Shown here in pieces: positions 37,445 through 50,671 of a stretch of 64,000 bases of DNA. Where the stretch lies: positions 15,490,213 through 15,554,212 of the forward strand of contig OZ234493.1 of assembly GCA_965153455.1 (NCBI GenBank). Reading direction: 5' to 3'. Source of the stretch: Sphagnum compactum (taxonomy: Eukaryota). A program made the position numbers and the translations under genes. The stretch's first letter is position 1; the number at the start of each line of letters is the position of its first letter. Under the pieces are notes generated by a model that was given only the letters and a program-made list of their open reading frames with translations, did not search any database and was not told where the DNA came from.

Positions 37445-39400
37445 GTTGTCCTTAATGACTTCATATGTGAAATCCGTGTGTTATTGATGTAAGAAATAAA
37501 TTAAAATAGTTGCAATTGTCAACAAGTCAAAGTTTGGTTTTGTTGAATCAAAGTGCTTCATGAGTTTCTTCATTCTTACTTCAATCCCCCAATTCCTCAC
37601 TCCATTTGTATTTTATACCTTGCATGCATTTTATTGGATGTTTACATTTCATCCAATTCATGTTTAAAGGTAAATATGTGCCTTCCAATGATGCACCCCT
37701 AAGTTGGTCCCAAGGCTTGAGGGATGAACTCTTGAAGCATAACCACAAAAAAAGGTAGAAGGAAAAAGAATTTGGGGCATGTTATTTGATTCCATGCAGT
37801 AGTGAAAAAAGGTCTTGTAGGGATTATAGGATAGGGATTAAGACAATGTGACAACTTCATGAACATATAATGAACAAATCACATGCACAAATTAAATAAT
37901 GAAGGTGATTATGCAAATGAAATCAACTTTGGGTCACATACTTCCTTTGGATTCACTACATTCGCATGATTTGAACTTTGAAAGAGGCCACCATTTCCTC
38001 CTTATAATATACTTTGGACCTCAATGTCAAGACTACATTGAAATGAATTTTTGTTTTGGGACTTATACACCTTTCATACACACCCTGAGTGAAAGTCCCA
38101 AAATTCCCAAGTTATGAAATTCACAAATTTATGAATTCATAATTTTTTCATATGAACTTTGATTAAAAAGCCTCCAACTACAAAGTTGTAGCTCCAACAA
38201 GATCTTTCCAACACATTGTCACATGCTTCTATTGGAAGTCATTTGAACTTTGTTTTCTTGATTTTAATGGTCAGGATTCAAATTGCCAATTTGACTCGCG
38301 ACCCTTCTTTCAACCCTAACTTTTAGCTCTTAGGTTTAAATGGAGAATGCAAACTCACTTTTGATATTTATGCTTTCAAATCTTTTCCAATGGTATAAAA
38401 AATTAACGATTTGCATAAAACTTACCTTTACATTTATGTTGCAAAAATTTGGGTCATTCCAAAATTCCCAATTCCCAAATGGGAGTTTATCTTGAAAGTC
38501 CCAAGAGTGCCCCTTTTCATTTGCCCAATGTTGTACGACTTTGTTTTGCTTTAGCTTGTTCCCAATTTATTTATTTTTTGTTTTGCCTTAGTTTTCATCG
38601 TGAGTCCAAGGTTATGGTTGTGACACCTGAATCACCGCATCAAAAAATCCCCTTGCCCATATAACTTGGGTCCCTTAATAAATACTCAAAGTATTCATCC
38701 CCATATACAATTTGAACTGAGATGAATTTTTGTACAAGTTTGATTCGCACATTATATTCACATGGAAGGAGCCAAGGTATCTAGTGTCAAAGTAAATGAA
38801 CAATCCATAATGGCTCACGATGTTATTGTTACAATACATTTTTTTACGCCCATTGAACCATGACTTGTGGGCATGGTTGTTTAGGGCTTACAGATTTGAT
38901 ATGAAGCCCATCAACAAGTTTAATACAACTTTGGAACTTTAGCATATGCCTACTAACCATTATGCCAAAACATGGCTAGCATCCATGACCAATCCTAGAT
39001 GATTAGATGATTACATTTTATGTAAATGACATGTCTAATTTGACTATAGATGGCATAAATGATTATCACAATTGAATAGGACCAATCATGGATGCCATCT
39101 TTTGGCCTAGTGAACAATAACCCATTCCTCAACAATAGGTCATCAAATATCATCACTTATGGTTTCATTAATGTAAGATGTAATGAAAATTACATCATCA
39201 CATGTTGCAGTTTTCCTTAATTCCACAAGAAAATGTCGTGTATAATCACATTGTCATGCTTCATGTAAAGGATGAATTAGAATAGTCCTTGCTATGGGCT
39301 CAATTTAGATAGTCGCCTAGTCACAATGTGAGCCTCATTAATGAATCTCGTGGCATTGAATGGTGGGGACCATTAATGTCACTAGTTTATCAAAGTTTAA
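37445..39400 (-). mobile_element. Decayed Harbinger-related DDE transposase (second subfamily), split by an LTR insertion
   Basis: On the right of the insertion the minus strand reads FQSCIKLVDG..IC KP...HKSWFNGRKKMYC...GLFIYFDTRYLGSFH...DEYFEYLLRDPSYMG. On the left it reads NKMHARYKIQME*GIGGLK...LMKHFDSTKP...FLHQ*HTDFTYEVI. The 5' limit is approximate. Confidence 0.7.
37689..38625 (-). mobile_element. Solo LTR (~937 bp) nested in the transposase relic
   Basis: TG...CA termini (TGATGCACCCC ... GGTTGTGACA). The minus-strand start TGTCACAACCATAACCTTGGACTCACG matches the LTR family at 34428 and 36286. Transposase-like translation resumes on both sides. The TSD is not cleanly preserved. Confidence 0.7.
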
Positions 39401-40930
39401 CAAAATGAAAATTTAAAAATCTTGAATAAAGTTAATGTTGTTCACATTGAGGTTAACTCATACCAAACAATCACATTTTGGTCAATCAATTGGCCCACAT
39501 TTAGTTCCAACTCATTTGCATTGAACAACACTCCTATGTTAGCAATCACAATCATAGTTGAAAACATGATTTAACATTGCTTATGTTTGGCCTAAAACAT
39601 CTCCTTGTCAAATAATAATGTTATTTGATGAGGAGTTAAAATTCATTACACATGTTTGAAAAACACGAGCCAAAGAAGCGATGGAGCACAAGAAGAAACC
39701 GTATTTTTTTATTTTTTTTTAAAAACAACATGAAAAACCCTAATAAAAAAAAGTATGAACAAATAATAAACTTTGGAAGAAAATAAAGCAAGAACAAATG
39801 TGAAACCAAAAAAGAAGTGAAAGGAACTTCCAAATGACAATAAAAAATACTCCCACAAATGAAACTGCAAACATACGAGTAACCTTAAAGAGAAAAAACA
39901 AAATGAAAGGAGCTTCAAGTGAATGAGAGGAAAAAAAAAAAGCTCTTGCAAATGAAAAGGAAAAAGAAGTGGTATATGAAGGAGCCGACTTGTATAGTTC
40001 CATTTTTTAAAAACCCTAAAGGTCATCCCATATAGTCCATAATGAAAATCCTAAACATCAATATAGTGAAAACCATTATTAAAAATATCAAAAAATTTAA
40101 AACCCTAAAAGGTTCCTCAAGTGGAAACCTTTAACAAAAAAAAGTTTCAAATTTGATTTTATCCCTAATTTCATCACTAATTTCTAATTTTCAAATTTCA
40201 TCCCCAGATTTGGTGACTTTACAAATAACAAAAAAATCTAAAGTATAAAACGAGGTATGAAACTAAGTCATGGGATGAAACTGTGCATGGGACTAGCGAG
40301 AACTTTACAATTAAATTTATTTATTGTCATTAATAATAACCTTAAACCCTAAACTTACTTATTCTTATGTTATGTTATTAATTTTCAATTTTTTTTCTTT
40401 CTCAAAAGCCGGGGGAGAGATTCAATGGGGTTATGAAGATTAAACAAAAACTACGTGGACTTGGTTGAATTTTCTTTATTTTTAAAATAAATTTAATAAT
40501 TTAAAAGGAAAATCAATAATTTTCTGGAATTTTCTATTTTTTAAAACAAGAAATCTTCAAACTAAAATAATTATTACACACTGAATATGTTGAACTTGTT
40601 GTTTACCAAGGTACTAAGCTAAGCATGAAAAATTGGACAGTGTAGTAATAAGGTGAGGGTTTAGTCTCTCACACTAAACCCAACAGATAGACACAATTTT
40701 ATTTATTTAATAACTTATTTATGGCTATACTAAAATAAATTATTAAACAAGTATAGGCTAAAGTTCATGACCCAACAGACCAGACACAAGTGAAATTACT
40801 TGAAGTAATATTTTCAATAAAATATATAACCTACAAAAATATCATTATTAAATCTTCAATAACAAGTATAAGGCTAAAACATATAATCTAACACATTAAA
40901 TTTATTCATATATTTGTGTTCTTTAATCCA

Positions 40931-41300
40931 CTTAGGGCAGCTGGCTAAACCCTGGCAATAGATCATCTGAAGTTCCATGGAAACTTCGGGCCATTGGCTA
41001 AACCTTGGCAATAGATCATCTGAAGTTCTGTGGATGTTTAGGGCCGTTGGCTAAACCCTGGCAATAGATCATCTGAAGCACCCATGGATGCTTAGGGCTG
41101 TTGGCTAAACCCTGGCAATAGATCGTCTGAAGCTCAACGGATGCTTAGGGCCGTTGGCTAAACCCCGGCAATAGATCATCTGAAGCTCAACGGATGCTCA
41201 GTGCTTTTGGCTAAACCCTGGCAATAGATCATCTGAAGCTCCACGGATGCTTAGGCCCCTTGGCTAAACCCTGGCAATAGATCGTCTGAAGCTCCGCGGA
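40931..41300. repeat. 53-bp minisatellite (x7) containing telomere-like motifs
   Basis: Units start at 40931, 40984, 41037, 41091, 41144, 41197 and 41250. Approximate consensus: CTTAGGGCCGTTGGCTAAACCCTGGCAATAGATCATCTGAAGCTCCACGGATG. Confidence 0.97.
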
Positions 41301-44035
41301 CGACGACACGACGCCGCTACCGAAGAGTTTTGCTCATTCTCCTTTGTCGTGAACCTTAGTGTTGCGTGCGCGAAATTGTTTGAAAAATTAGGATTAGGAG
41401 CACAGAATACAGCTGCAGCGAGTCTCTTGTCGTGGGAAATTAACGAATTTTTTTTTCGATTTTTTTTGAAAAAATGGTTGGTGTTTTTTGTTGGCGCGTT
41501 TTTGGTTATTTGGAGGAACAGAAGAGGAAGTTTTGGGTGAAGAGAAAGACATGAAGTGCGTCTTTTTGCAAATGCGCAGTTTTCCTTTGTGGAGTTCACA
41601 AGGAATTGAGAATTATCGGAAGGAAAAAAGCCATTTCACATTTGTTGTGTAGTTCTTGCGACCGAGTTTGTGGAATGGCAGTGCTGTTGCTGGAGAATGA
41701 ATGAAGAAAAAAAGAATGCAGAATCTTCAACCACGTGAGAATTGTTATGGTGGGTCGGCATTGAACCGACAGATTTTGCTTGGGAGAAATGGCATTGCAA
41801 CCGCGGAAGAATGGAGAAAAAGAGACATTCTTCACCCACTTGGTAACTGCATTTTTATCTTCCATAGCTGCAGGTTTCTTTCAACAATTTGTCCCTATAA
41901 CGAGTTCAACGACCAAATTAGGAAGAGCCTGCATCTGGATATATTAGGGTTTACGGTTTGTTATTAGGGTTTAGATCATCTGAATATGTATGCCCTAAAT
42001 CATGGAGTTTTGGTTTAAGTGAATGGGAATTATAAAGGTTCACGTCACATTACAGAGCCTGCATCTGGATATGTTAGGGTTTAGGGTTTAGGGTTTGCTA
42101 TTAGGGTATGCTAGGAATCATGGATCTTTGGGGGGTCCAGCAATCTCAAAAGAGGTACAGTTGTAGGCAGTTGCATGGGCAGATGAGGTTTGGACTCACA
42201 AGGAAAAACGACCAAATGATTTGAGAGGAATGAATCACCAGCTGATGTTGAGGAGATTGATTTCCTCATCACTCACCAAACAACTTCTTATGTGAAAGGT
42301 AGTGCTGAGCAACATTTCCAAATCTTGGATCACTTCATGGGTAAGTTCAATGATCCTGCCATTATGCCACAGCCTTTGAGTGTTTTATCCTTGCTCTGGA
42401 ATAGTCAAGATTTCGGCAGTTTTCACATGTCCAATTTAAACAGATTCAGTTTGGAGCATTAAATCAAGGAACAATTGGGTCTGCTCATTTGCTACTATGT
42501 GTTGTTATGTATCTTTGAATCCAGCTACTAACCAGATCAGTTATGACTGCCCACAAAGCTAGCTCATGAGAAAGTTTGAGGAAAAAGACTTTCCAGCTCT
42601 ATCACACTTTCTCTTTGAATGTAACTGTATTTTTGGAACTTCATGCAACATTTTCTATTGTAACTGTTGCTGGTTGGAAATTGCTTGCCAAAGAGGCAGA
42701 GCCATTATGCGCTGAGTTGCTTGTTTCCTGTGGGACTGCTCTCTCTACCCTTGCAATCCAATCCAATCATAAGAGGTGGAGCTTTTCTCCTTTAAAGTAT
42801 TCAAAAGTACTTCAGTGATCATCCCATCAGCCATACCCTGGAAGGCTTCAGCTGACAAATAATGAACGGGCATGCAGGGGAAGCAACGCTAATAATGATG
42901 GGTTCACCTCTGACCGATTTACTCCACCTTCACATCATGTCACAGAGGAGGAAGTGATAACTTCCAACTCATGCTCTGTGTGGGAGGTCCATAAAAACCT
43001 TTACCTAATTTTTCTTTTGTATTTGCAAGTACTTTACAAAGCATTGTTGTGCTCCTGGCCTCCAAGGCAACTTACAAGTCTATGAGGTGCCTTTTGGGTG
43101 GCAGATTGAAATTATGTCAATTTCTTTATGTAAGGGAAGCCTCTGGAGGCACCTGACAGGTCTATAATGTGCCTCTCGAGTCTGGGGTGGCAGATTCAAA
43201 TTATGCCAGGTTTTTTATGTAGGGGAAAGACAGATCACATTGGGGTCACATTGTTCTCAGGCTGGGGATCTCTTAACCACCGCCCTCTTTACCGTGCCCT
43301 CAAACAATGTAACCTCTTTGGACTTGCCCTTCCTCTACACAAAACTTTCAACTGTGATAGAACACTTTTAAACCAACCAGTGCTGGTCTCATATTGGGAG
43401 GCCTATGGCTAGTATCAACACTGGTATCGGGGACCCTACTGGGCTCGCATGACCTGAGCCAATACCAGCCTTGTAGCAGTAGTGGCTTCGTGGGAACTTG
43501 AGGTAATGCCTGGTATATACCTACCTTGTATCAGTTTCAAAATCATCTAAATATACCTGCCTTATACCAGCAAATACCAATCAGTCTTGGACCCAATACC
43601 AGGTATGAAAATTTGAAAACATGAGGCTGCTGATGATCTTTTTATCCACACGATCTTCTGGAAAAGTTAGTGATCACATGAGGACTAATGTGTCACATGC
43701 ATGGTAATATTATAGTAAAGCAAGAAATCGTTTTCAAACGCTGGACTCTGAGCTGAGATTGGAAAAGCCTGTTGTAGATCTTCCATGTGCCCAAAGTTTT
43801 GATGAAAAGCAAGGAAATCAGATGTTTTTTTAAAATTCTAGTGATGTCAGGGAAAAGAAAAGGCTGCATCCTTTGACAAGGAATACAATAATGTTTGCCT
43901 TTCTTTTTCTTGCAGATTGCGTCTCCATCTCATGTGACTTATTACTCAACTGGACCTGTTCAAAAGGTTCCAAAGGGTTGGAGGGTTTAAGGCTGAGTTC
44001 ATTTAGTCTGAGGACCTGGAAAGCTCTCGTAAGTT
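41300..44035 (+). pseudogene. Possible decayed gene or spliced non-coding locus
   Basis: CpG-rich start, canonical donors at 42341 and 44029 (GTAAGT), and a strong acceptor at 43915. Exon-like frames are interrupted by stops. No protein family was recognised. Confidence 0.3.
41924..42107. repeat. Duplicated AGAGCCTGCATCTGGATAT block followed by interstitial telomeric (TTTAGGG)n
   Basis: The block occurs at ~41924 and ~42054; the second copy is followed by TTAGGGTTTAGGGTTTAGGGTTT. Another short TTTAGGG run lies at ~24016-24040. Confidence 0.85.
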
Positions 44036-45999
44036 TCTGAATTCCCACACTTGCATCATCGGTTCATTCTTCAGCTGATAGCAATGTTGACTTTGATAAG
44101 TATGGACCAAGCTTTCTGTTAAGGATTTTGTGATGTTGTCAAAGTGATGATCATCTAGAAAATGGTTTAGCCAAAATATGGCTACATACTAGATAAATTT
44201 TTATCTTATATAGATGTCCCATAGTTTTGTCTATAGAGTAAGCTTTCATTTAACATTTGATCAACTAGCAACTAGTTATGAGTTTTATACATATAGTTTT
44301 ATACATATATACTAGTTATGAGTTTTATACATATAGGCGAAGGGGTCTTTCCTAAGGTTGTATTCTAGGGGGAAAGCTATGTGAGCTTCATCCATATGGG
44401 CCTTGGCAACAACACCTTCTTCATCAACAAACACTTTGTGTCTTTTTAACCCAAAGCTGGGAAAAAAAAAATATTCAACAAAACTAATGGGAGATCTTGA
44501 TCATCCATATTTCTACTTATTTATTATAGGTGAGGTTTGTTATTGTTGGTGTTCACATTTACATCCAAACAAATCATTGGGCTCTTTTGGATGATGTTTG
44601 AGGATGTTTATGAAGGTCAATAAGTTAATTGAATTGTTTCAAGCATGGCATTCATTGGTGGGTGGTTTTAATTGAAAAAGAAAAGTCAATACCCCAAAGT
44701 ATCAAGCCACTTGCCCAAAGTGGTAGGTAGTCATGGCCACCTTGCAAGTCCTTGTGGGTTGGATCCATTACTATGGGGAACTTGAGCCCCCCCCACTCAT
44801 CACATGGATCTAGTTGGCATTTTAAGTATCTAGTTCTATAAAAGTATGAACACCCATGTGTCTCCCAGCTCCTATATGCTCACCTGAAAGATCATAAATT
44901 GTGGTAAGAGGGCAACCAACAAACATTATTGAACACTATACAACTACCTCCTATGGGCTCTTTAAAAGCATTGGATGGAAATCATTAAAATATAGGGCAT
45001 GGGTTGCCTTAAGATTTTTATGGGTGGCAACACACTCCCCACTTCTTTTCTTAACTTTCCAACCTAATGGTTCATCCAAACCTAGATAAAAAATTGTTAG
45101 AATAATTAACTCTTGGTTAATGAAACCTTATTTTCTATCTTGATTAAATTAGAAAATTCTTACTATCTGAAAGTTATCATACCACTTGCAACCATGATAT
45201 CTACAATTAACAATTGTGTTTGCCAGTTATTTTGTTGCTACTATCATCATGCACTATTTATACATGCTAAAAAGTTAATGTAATGGTAATATGATGATTG
45301 CAACTTCGTGTCCAAGCTCAAGATGTTCTTACACAATCTTCAATTCTCCACTCCATTCTTCAAGCTCCTTACATTTTCTTCATTCCATTCTTTTTTAAAT
45401 TGTAATTATCATATAATGTTTCTTCTTGCAACATTTGTTTCTTGTGTGTTTGTAATTTCATTACTTTACATGGTAATTGCTTAACAATGCTTTAGTGCTT
45501 TGATCCAATGTTGTTGACTTTTGGAACTTTGTTCAAGTCTTAAGTTCTTGTAAAATTTGTTTCTTGCATTATTTGCATGTTCAACTTGACATTGTTCTAA
45601 CAGTTAAATAAAACTATGTGAACTTTCAAAACTCTACTACATTTCAATTCTATTTTTTTGTTGTGGCATGCTTTTTTGTTATGATGTTTTTATTGTGTGA
45701 GTTTCTTGTTGTGATGAACGTGTAACGTTTTAATAGTATGTTCAAGTTTGGGGAGGTCATTACACAAAGCTTTGTGTTCAACATCGTTCATCATACATTT
45801 ATGTTCAACATGTCTTTTGCTTCTATTTTCATTTTTTATTTTCTTGATTTAAGTTTCATTTATTTTACAAACTATAGTGATCAAGGATCTCGCGATGATG
45901 GACAAGAGTTTTGCAGGACTTGTTGTGCTCTTGATTAATATATTGATGAACACCTGAAAATGCACGCCAAATTTTCCACCTTTCCTTCATGTCTTTTTA

Positions 46000-46935
46000 G
46001 ATGATTAGTTGCTTCCAATTTGTGGCTATTGTATACCATAGCTTGCCTTCACCAATATCAAAGTAACAACTTTGAACATGGGGTTTTTGAATGAAAAGTT
46101 CAAGACTAGTTCAAGCCTTGGAGTGCAACTAACACCCAAATTACAACTCTATGCTAATTTGTACATCACACATGCAACACAAACTTCAATAAATGAATTG
46201 ATTCCTGATACCCAATTTGAACTCATCTCTTAATTTGTAATAAATGGTTTACAATAAGTGGATCTATTATGTCCCTTGTTGTGTGGGCAATCATTCAAGT
46301 AATCAAACATCTTCAAAAAGATGACATTTTGAAACTAAATTGGAAGAGGTCATGTTTAGGTTCAAAAGCTTATGTGGTCTCCCAATTATCCATGGCACTT
46401 TGGATGGTACACACTTCCCCATTGCTAAACATGTAGGTATTTTTAATGAGGAATACTACTATCACAACAATGAGGTCTACACAGTTATTTGTTAGGTTAT
46501 TGTGAATCACATGAAGTTGTTTCTTGGTCTATTTGTGGCATTTTTTGGATTTACAAACAATTCACAAGTTCTTTGCAAGTTTGTGTTTTATGTTCAGACC
46601 TAATATTATGGGTTACTTCATCCATAAGGAGGATACTAAAATGTAATTACCCTTTATTTGTTAACAAATGAAGGGTACAAGGGGTACCCTTTGTTTGATT
46701 ACATGATGATTTCGCACAAAGAAAGGGGTCACATTATTTTAGAATAATTATTCAAAACAATATAGAAGAAGGGGAGGGTTGGAGTGGATAACTTGTTCAA
46801 CCTTCATAAAAAGATTTAACGTGAATTCAACTGTAAAACAAATTTGCATGTTGTAATTGTTCCAAATTTGGTTACCTATTGTTGCATTTTGCATAACATG
46901 TCATTTGGGTGTGATGAAATAAATGTCCAAAATGT
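46000..46935 (+). mobile_element. Decayed PIF/Harbinger (HARBI1-like) transposase
   Basis: VMFRFKSLCGLPIIHGTLDGTHFPIAK (GTLDGTH at 46394-46414)...EYYYH...YTVIC*VIVNH...GYPLFDYMMISHK...VTYCCILHNM, with stops and frameshifts. Confidence 0.85.
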
Positions 46936-46959
46936 TTTACAGTGTTTTGTAGTTGACCA

Positions 46960-49130
46960 AAACTTTTGATCTCAATTGAAAATGGTCAATAGAAAATGTC
47001 ATTTGACTTTGATGTTTTCATTGAAGTGCAAGTTGCATGTCACAAAGCTATCTATCAATGCCTTCTCACACAAATCTTGGAAATTCTTTTGGAATTCCAT
47101 ACCTTGGTCGATGAAAACCTCTATTGGAGCACCAAACCTGATGAACATCTATCCAAAAATGCATATGAAGTTCCCTCATTGTTGCGATATGGCAATGGCA
47201 CCAATTCCAACAACTTGGAAAAATGTTCGATCATAACCAAAACATATCGGTTACGTCAAGGCATCAAATTCAATGGGTCGACAAAATCCAAGCTCCATCG
47301 GTAACTTAGCCCCATAATTAGTAAGGGCTACAGCTGGGGTGTTGGTGTGTTGAATGATGCCCATACTTGATCACACACCATACATCGAAAAACAAATTGT
47401 TGAACATGTAGTTGCATCCCATGCCATCAATATTGTGCCTGAAGCAAAGTGTAAGTTTGTTAAACCCCAAAATGGCCCAACTTTTCATGAGCATGTCATA
47501 CAAAGCCTTCACACTGTTCTGGGCATGGTACTACACGTACTTGCCCATCTATCCACACCTGTAATAAGGTATTGTCTTCCCATCTCAACCATTTCACCTT
47601 GTGGATAACTCAATCTTGCTCCTTGGGTGTTAGTCCCATTAGAACTTCACATGCTTATAGATATGCCATAATTGATAAATTTAAATGGGTATCTAGGGCG
47701 CCATTGCCCTCTAGCACATCATAATCACTATGGGAATTCCCACTACCCATGTTGCCTTGGGATAAATCCTATGAACATAAGTATGCAAAAGCATGCCATC
47801 CTAGCACTACTTCCAAATCTACCTCTCCATGCCACCTAGCATTTGTGGTATCCACCTCATTAGCACTTGGGTTTTGACTTAACCCATCGACATCTCGGTT
47901 AACCCTACCAACCCTATGGACAATGTCGAAATCATACTCCTATAAGATAAGCACCCACCTTGCCAACTTTCCTATTAGTTGATCAAATTCCATTAAAATT
48001 TTCAAGGATTGGTGATCGGTAACCAAAGTAAATGGGCTACCATATATATAACACTAAAAAGAAGAAATTGCCTAAACAATAGCGAAGCACTCCCCCTCAA
48101 TGAGTTGTACTTAACCTTTATCTTGTTGTTGGAGTAATTGGCATACGTGCCCATGAACTCCTAACCATCATCATCTAGTTGGATACGCACGGTTCCCAGC
48201 CCTCAGGTACTCCAATTAGTATGCAATTGAAAAGGATGTTGTCAAATGTGTTGTTTCAGAATGGGAGCTAAAGAAAGTTGAGCCTTCAACTCTTGAAATG
48301 TCTCTTCTTGCTCTTCACCTTAATCATAATCCTAGTCGTTTTGTGTCAACCTGGTCAAAGGTTTAACAATGCTACTAAAATCGTTGACAAATCATCGATA
48401 ATAATTACACGAGCCTAGGAAGGCTCATAATTGACTGACATCTATCGCTTGAGGTGTGAATTGGCCTCAACCTTGGCCTTTTGGACCCCCAATCCACCTA
48501 GATAAATCATATGACCTAGGTATTCTACATGCGTTTGGGAAAACTGACACTTGCCTGGATGAAGCTTAAGGTTATGATCCTCAAGTTTTCTAAATACCTC
48601 CTACAAATGATGCATGTGATTTTCCAATGTGAACTGAAAATGATAATATCATCGATGTAACACTTGGCAAAGCCAAGTCTTGCTAATATGTAATCCATCA
48701 CCCTTTGGAATTTTGTAGGGGCATTCTTCAAACCAAATGGCAAAAAATGTCATTGGTACAAACAATCTTTCACATGAAGATCAATTCCCCAAAATGCCAT
48801 CTAAACCTTGTCACCTTCCTTCAATGGCAATTGATGGTAGCCAGATTTCAAGTCCAAGGTATTGAAAACCTTGGCCTGACCAAGGGCATCAAAGATCTCC
48901 TTTGGTAGGGGCATGGCATACTTGTCTAAACGCGTGCACTTGTTGATTGGACGATAATCCCCACACATGTGTTGCTTTGTCCAATTGTCGAAAATATCCT
49001 TCTTAACTAGCATCACTATAATCGAGGCATATTCCCTTTTTGATAGTTCCACCAAGCCTGCATCCAACAACTCTATGTGTTTGAGCTTAAACCAAGGCTT
49101 TCTCCATCTCACTCAACCTATAAGGTTGTT
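46960..49130 (-). mobile_element. Ty3/Gypsy retrotransposon pol relic (RT, RNase H, integrase)
   Basis: RT: MCGDYRPINK...FNTLDLKSGYHQ...[17 protein letters not shown]...[10 protein letters not shown]. RNase H: PFQLHTNWS...PFTLVTDHQ...KLARW...EYDFDIVHRVG. Integrase: zinc-finger CMVC and FIDQGMEF. The RT-RH-INT order is Gypsy-type. Many stops and frameshifts. Confidence 0.92.
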
Positions 49131-50671
49131 TGAAAATAAGATTATCATCCTCCAATACTATTTGGACCTTTTGTTTTTGCAAATCACAAAAAAATTGAAC
49201 CTCAAAAATCATATTTCAATGCACAAAGGATAAAAGATTTAGGATGACAAAAGAAAACTAGATTGCACAACCAATGTTTGCCTCTATTCATGAATCATCA
49301 ACACACTAAAAAAACCAAAACAACATAGTCATGAATTATGATTAACAACCAACACAAACAATAAACTTTAAAAGAAAGTAAATTTGATTAAAGACAGTTG
49401 AAAATTTATTTGATGAAGTGTAATGCACATTGCAAGTTGTTGTGGTTGGTGTTGTTGCTACAACATCTCCTAGGCACCAACAATCACCATTACAACACAC
49501 CATGATTTGCAAGCTTGACCAAATTGATGTGAATGCATCATGTTGAATCTTGATTCATGAATCTCACCCTAAACCTTAAGCCCACAACCTTGCAAGCTTG
49601 TTTGCACTGTGCAAACAATCAAGATGAACGTTTTAGCCTCAACAATAACCCACAATGCATAGTGTGAATGCACACAAATATACACATAATCATAGATTCA
49701 CAATGAACATTGCATTGTGCAATGTCCATGAAAGGTGATACTTAGGTGATTAGCAAATTTTAACGAAAATGTTTGGTGATGAGTGCTTGTGTTGAGAATG
49801 AAAGAGAAGTAGCAAAAGTGTTTGAAAAGGAAATCATAGATGGCAACCCTTGTGACAACGCTTGTATTGTTTTGGTGAGAGGAATGGAATACACCCTTGG
49901 ATTTGATGATCAACTGATCCTATACCATGGTCAAGATGCCAATGGAAAACCTAACAAAAGGATATATGACGGGATTGCAAGGTGATCATCTCAGATTTGG
50001 CAATTTCGAACCAATTTTTTTCAAAAAGAATACACAACAAAGTTGTAAGGTCAAATGACAAGTCGACAGGTGACAATAAATCACCTAAAAAAGACATTGG
50101 TGCTACATTTCTTAACATTTTTGACCATGGTGTGAGACCTTAGAAATGGGTATTGCAATGTTGGTGCAACACCCATTTATATTGGTAGTGCAAAATTCTT
50201 CATGAAAAAATTCTAAGGCATGGGGACAAAGTATTCAATCTCATCCACCATGTTTCTATCCAAGTAACTTCTCAACACGGTGTCATTTCATCCAAGCCAT
50301 CATCCACAAGTGGACTTAGCCAAATTTTGTTACATGTCCCATAGGAAAAGTAGAAAAGTTTAGGAATTGTACTATATTTTTAATGATAGGCTACAACATA
50401 ACTTCTAAATACGGCAATTTTTAAAAAAAAAATCCTTCATAATGTGGCAACAATACACCATTTTTTCCCCCAAAAAATCCTTTGTAGCACTGGCTTCTTT
50501 TTTTCCCCTCACGAGGATGCAAAAAATTGCCAGAAACAAAAAACACTTAATATAGATAAAATCCAAGTGAAACCTGAGACAAACCTAGTTGGAGTTCATT
50601 AATCCGTCCATCCATCCATCCATCCATCCATCCATTCGCAACTGCGTCATAAGGTATAACAGCTTCCAATG

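Noticed and set aside
40931-41300. CRISPR-like look (constant 31-bp core alternating with variable ~22-bp segments)
   Set aside because: The variable segments are homologous to each other, there are no cas genes, and the context is eukaryotic. It is a minisatellite.
42245-42316. Possible C/D-box snoRNA (ATGTTG...CTGAGCAACAT terminal stem)
   Set aside because: There is no canonical C box (RTGATGA), only a short putative guide, and the same bases read well as exon-like coding sequence.
43631-43756. TGATGA...CTGA pair as a second snoRNA
   Set aside because: No convincing terminal stem or recognisable rRNA/snRNA antisense element.
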